This document shows positions 62,522-64,000 of a stretch of 64,000 nt of DNA, one piece after another. Position 1 is the stretch's first letter. Each line of letters opens with the position of its first letter. This DNA is from Bacteroidales bacterium (GTDB lineage Bacteria > Bacteroidota > Bacteroidia > Bacteroidales > WCHB1-69): the NCBI GenBank assembly GCA_031553535.1, contig JAVBLM010000005.1:4113-68112 (forward strand), in the 5' to 3' direction. Below the pieces are notes generated by a model, which saw only the letters and a program-made list of their open reading frames with translations, made no database searches and had not been told where the DNA came from. Made by a program: the position numbers and the translations under genes.

Positions 62522-63748
62522 ATGAGAAATAAACCGGATTGGCTTTTGATTTTATTATTTGTATTGCTAACCGCTGTCGGTTGGATCAGTATCTTCTTTA
62601 CCATATATCAACCGGGTAATTTCACAATGAGTTCAAGTTATGGAATGCAGTTGATCTGGATTGCATCTTTATGGTTGATTGGCTTGTTTACTTTTATTAT
62701 CAATAATAGATTTTATTATAATTTCTCTGCTTATATTTATTTATTTTTTATTATACTGATTGTACTGGTCTTTTTTGTCGGGGTGGAGCGCTCAGGGGCA
62801 AAGTCCTGGTTAGGGATTGGAGGCTTCGGAATACAACCCGCAGAGTTTGCAAAATATGGGACATGTTTGTTTTTAGCGAGATATGTTTCTTTATATTCAT
62901 GCGATCTGACAAAATGGAAGTCGGTCCTGGGGGCTGCTGTTATTATCCTGATCCCGGTAGGTTTAATATTACTCCAAAATGATACGGGGTCGGCATTGCC
63001 TTTCTTTTTCTTAATCTTTGCATTGTTTCGGGAAGGGCTAACACCATGGATTTTAATTATAGGATTTGCGGCTATTTTATTATTTATTTTACTAATATAT
63101 ATTCCCCAGTGGATAATCCTGATTGCATTAACCGTTTTGTTTGTCGCTATAATAATATATTTTTATAAAAAGAGGCGGAATGTTTTACGGATACTGGTCA
63201 TTTATTTTTTAGTGATGGGATATGTGTTGTCTGTTGACATTATCTATCACAATATATTGCAACAACATCAACGTCAGCGTATCGAACTTTTATTCGGGAA
63301 GATAGATGATCCTAAGGGAATTGGATATAATGTAAACCAGGCCAAAATTGCGATAGGCTCGGGAGGTTTATGGGGAAAAGGGTTCGGAGAAGGAACTCAA
63401 ACCAAATTAAACTTTGTTCCGGAACAATCTACCGATTTTATATTCTGTACAATAGGAGAGGAGCATGGATTTGTCGGAACAGTCTTGGTGATTCTGATCT
63501 TTTGTCTTTTTATCTGGAGGATTATCAATTTATCGGAAAAGAGCAATGATACGTTTGTCCGATGCTATGGTTATTGTATTGCCTCTATTTTCTTTGCCCA
63601 TGTTGTTATAAATATAGGAATGACCATTGGATTAATGCCTGTTATCGGCATTCCATTGCCGTTTGTGAGTTATGGAGGGTCTTCTTTATGGGCATTTACA
63701 TTGATGTTATTTACGTTTATTAACCTTGAAGCAAAAACAAATCGATAA
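62522..63748 (+). CDS. rodA: rod-shape-determining SEDS glycosyltransferase RodA
   Basis: 408-aa polytopic protein of the FtsW/RodA/SpoVE family (QPAEFAK, TDFIF, PLPFVSYGGSS), 3 nt after mrdA. Confidence 0.9.
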   Translation: MRNKPDWLLILLFVLLTAVGWISIFFTIYQPGNFTMSSSYGMQLIWIASLWLIGLFTFIINNRFYYNFSAYIYLFFIILIVLVFFVGVERSGAKSWLGIGGFGIQPAEFAKYGTCLFLARYVSLYSCDLTKWKSVLGAAVIILIPVGLILLQNDTGSALPFFFLIFALFREGLTPWILIIGFAAILLFILLIYIPQWIILIALTVLFVAIIIYFYKKRRNVLRILVIYFLVMGYVLSVDIIYHNILQQHQRQRIELLFGKIDDPKGIGYNVNQAKIAIGSGGLWGKGFGEGTQTKLNFVPEQSTDFIFCTIGEEHGFVGTVLVILIFCLFIWRIINLSEKSNDTFVRCYGYCIASIFFAHVVINIGMTIGLMPVIGIPLPFVSYGGSSLWAFTLMLFTFINLEAKTNR

Positions 63749-64000
63749 ACTGACAGCTGAACGTATAATACTTTCCATAGAAATACATCAGATAGATAAA
63801 AAAACATTGCACTATCCATAGCGATGGGGCAAAATTTGTTAATGGAACCGTTTTTTTCGTCGACAATGGATAGGCAGATGCCTGATTATCCACCTGACAG
63901 TTATCATGATCCTCCCTCTTTTTTCTTTAGCTTCGAAACAGCCGGAATAAATATTCTTTTATAGAAACAGACTTGCTATGTCTCTTATATCCATTTAATC

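Noticed and set aside
1-64000. A scan for tRNA, rRNA, tmRNA, RNase P and SRP RNA genes.
   Set aside because: No T-arm (GGTTCGAATCC-like) motifs in a suitable context and no rRNA-like conserved stretches were seen in any intergenic region. A covariance-model scan would be needed to exclude small RNAs.

Overview
This 64-kb window looks like chromosomal DNA from an anaerobic member of the Bacteroidota. The evidence is Bacteroidales-type -7 promoter boxes (TAnnTTTG) in front of most transcription units, AT-rich intergenic DNA, and many TonB, OmpA and lipoprotein genes. About 61 protein-coding genes are supportable. I found no rRNA, tRNA or CRISPR array.

The main functional theme is a complete lysine-to-acetate/butyrate fermentation pathway that is split into two oppositely oriented loci.
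- Locus 1 (10478-18892, + strand): CoA-transferase subunit A, kal, kce, two divergent kdd paralogs, a Cys-rich DUF3795 protein, kamA, and a P-loop/MutS-like pair that is probably the aminomutase reactivase.
- Locus 2 (41141-30671, - strand): kamD, kamE, an inserted Y1/HUH transposase, CoA-transferase subunit B, thiolase, MaoC dehydratase, an SDR, a GNAT, then bcd-etfB-etfA.
- Between the loci lie about 12 kb of accessory genes: an exported fused TldD/PmbA protein, a YoeB toxin-antitoxin pair, an AraC regulator, paralogous lipoproteins and an HU-like DUF4469 protein.

Further right are:
- nrdD-nrdG under a cobalamin riboswitch, interrupted by a four-helix-bundle (23S-IVS-type) gene bracketed by inverted repeats;
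- blc, nfo, and a HipA-like kinase with a DUF3037 partner;
- mltG, a PduO-type adenosyltransferase, rfbB, two TonB paralogs, a polyprenyl synthase and mrdA-rodA.

The most unusual content is non-coding.
- Three tandem arrays have unrelated unit sequences but the same exact 42-nt period.
- Hairpin arrays with a 51-52-nt period flank the Y1 transposase on both sides.
- A MITE-like family with perfect 18-bp terminal inverted repeats is present as 2 full and at least 5 partial copies.
- There are REP-like long hairpins.
- Four phased palindromes (ATCTAC-N6-GTAGAT) form a block.

All functional calls rest on motif and family resemblance read by eye. No database search was run.
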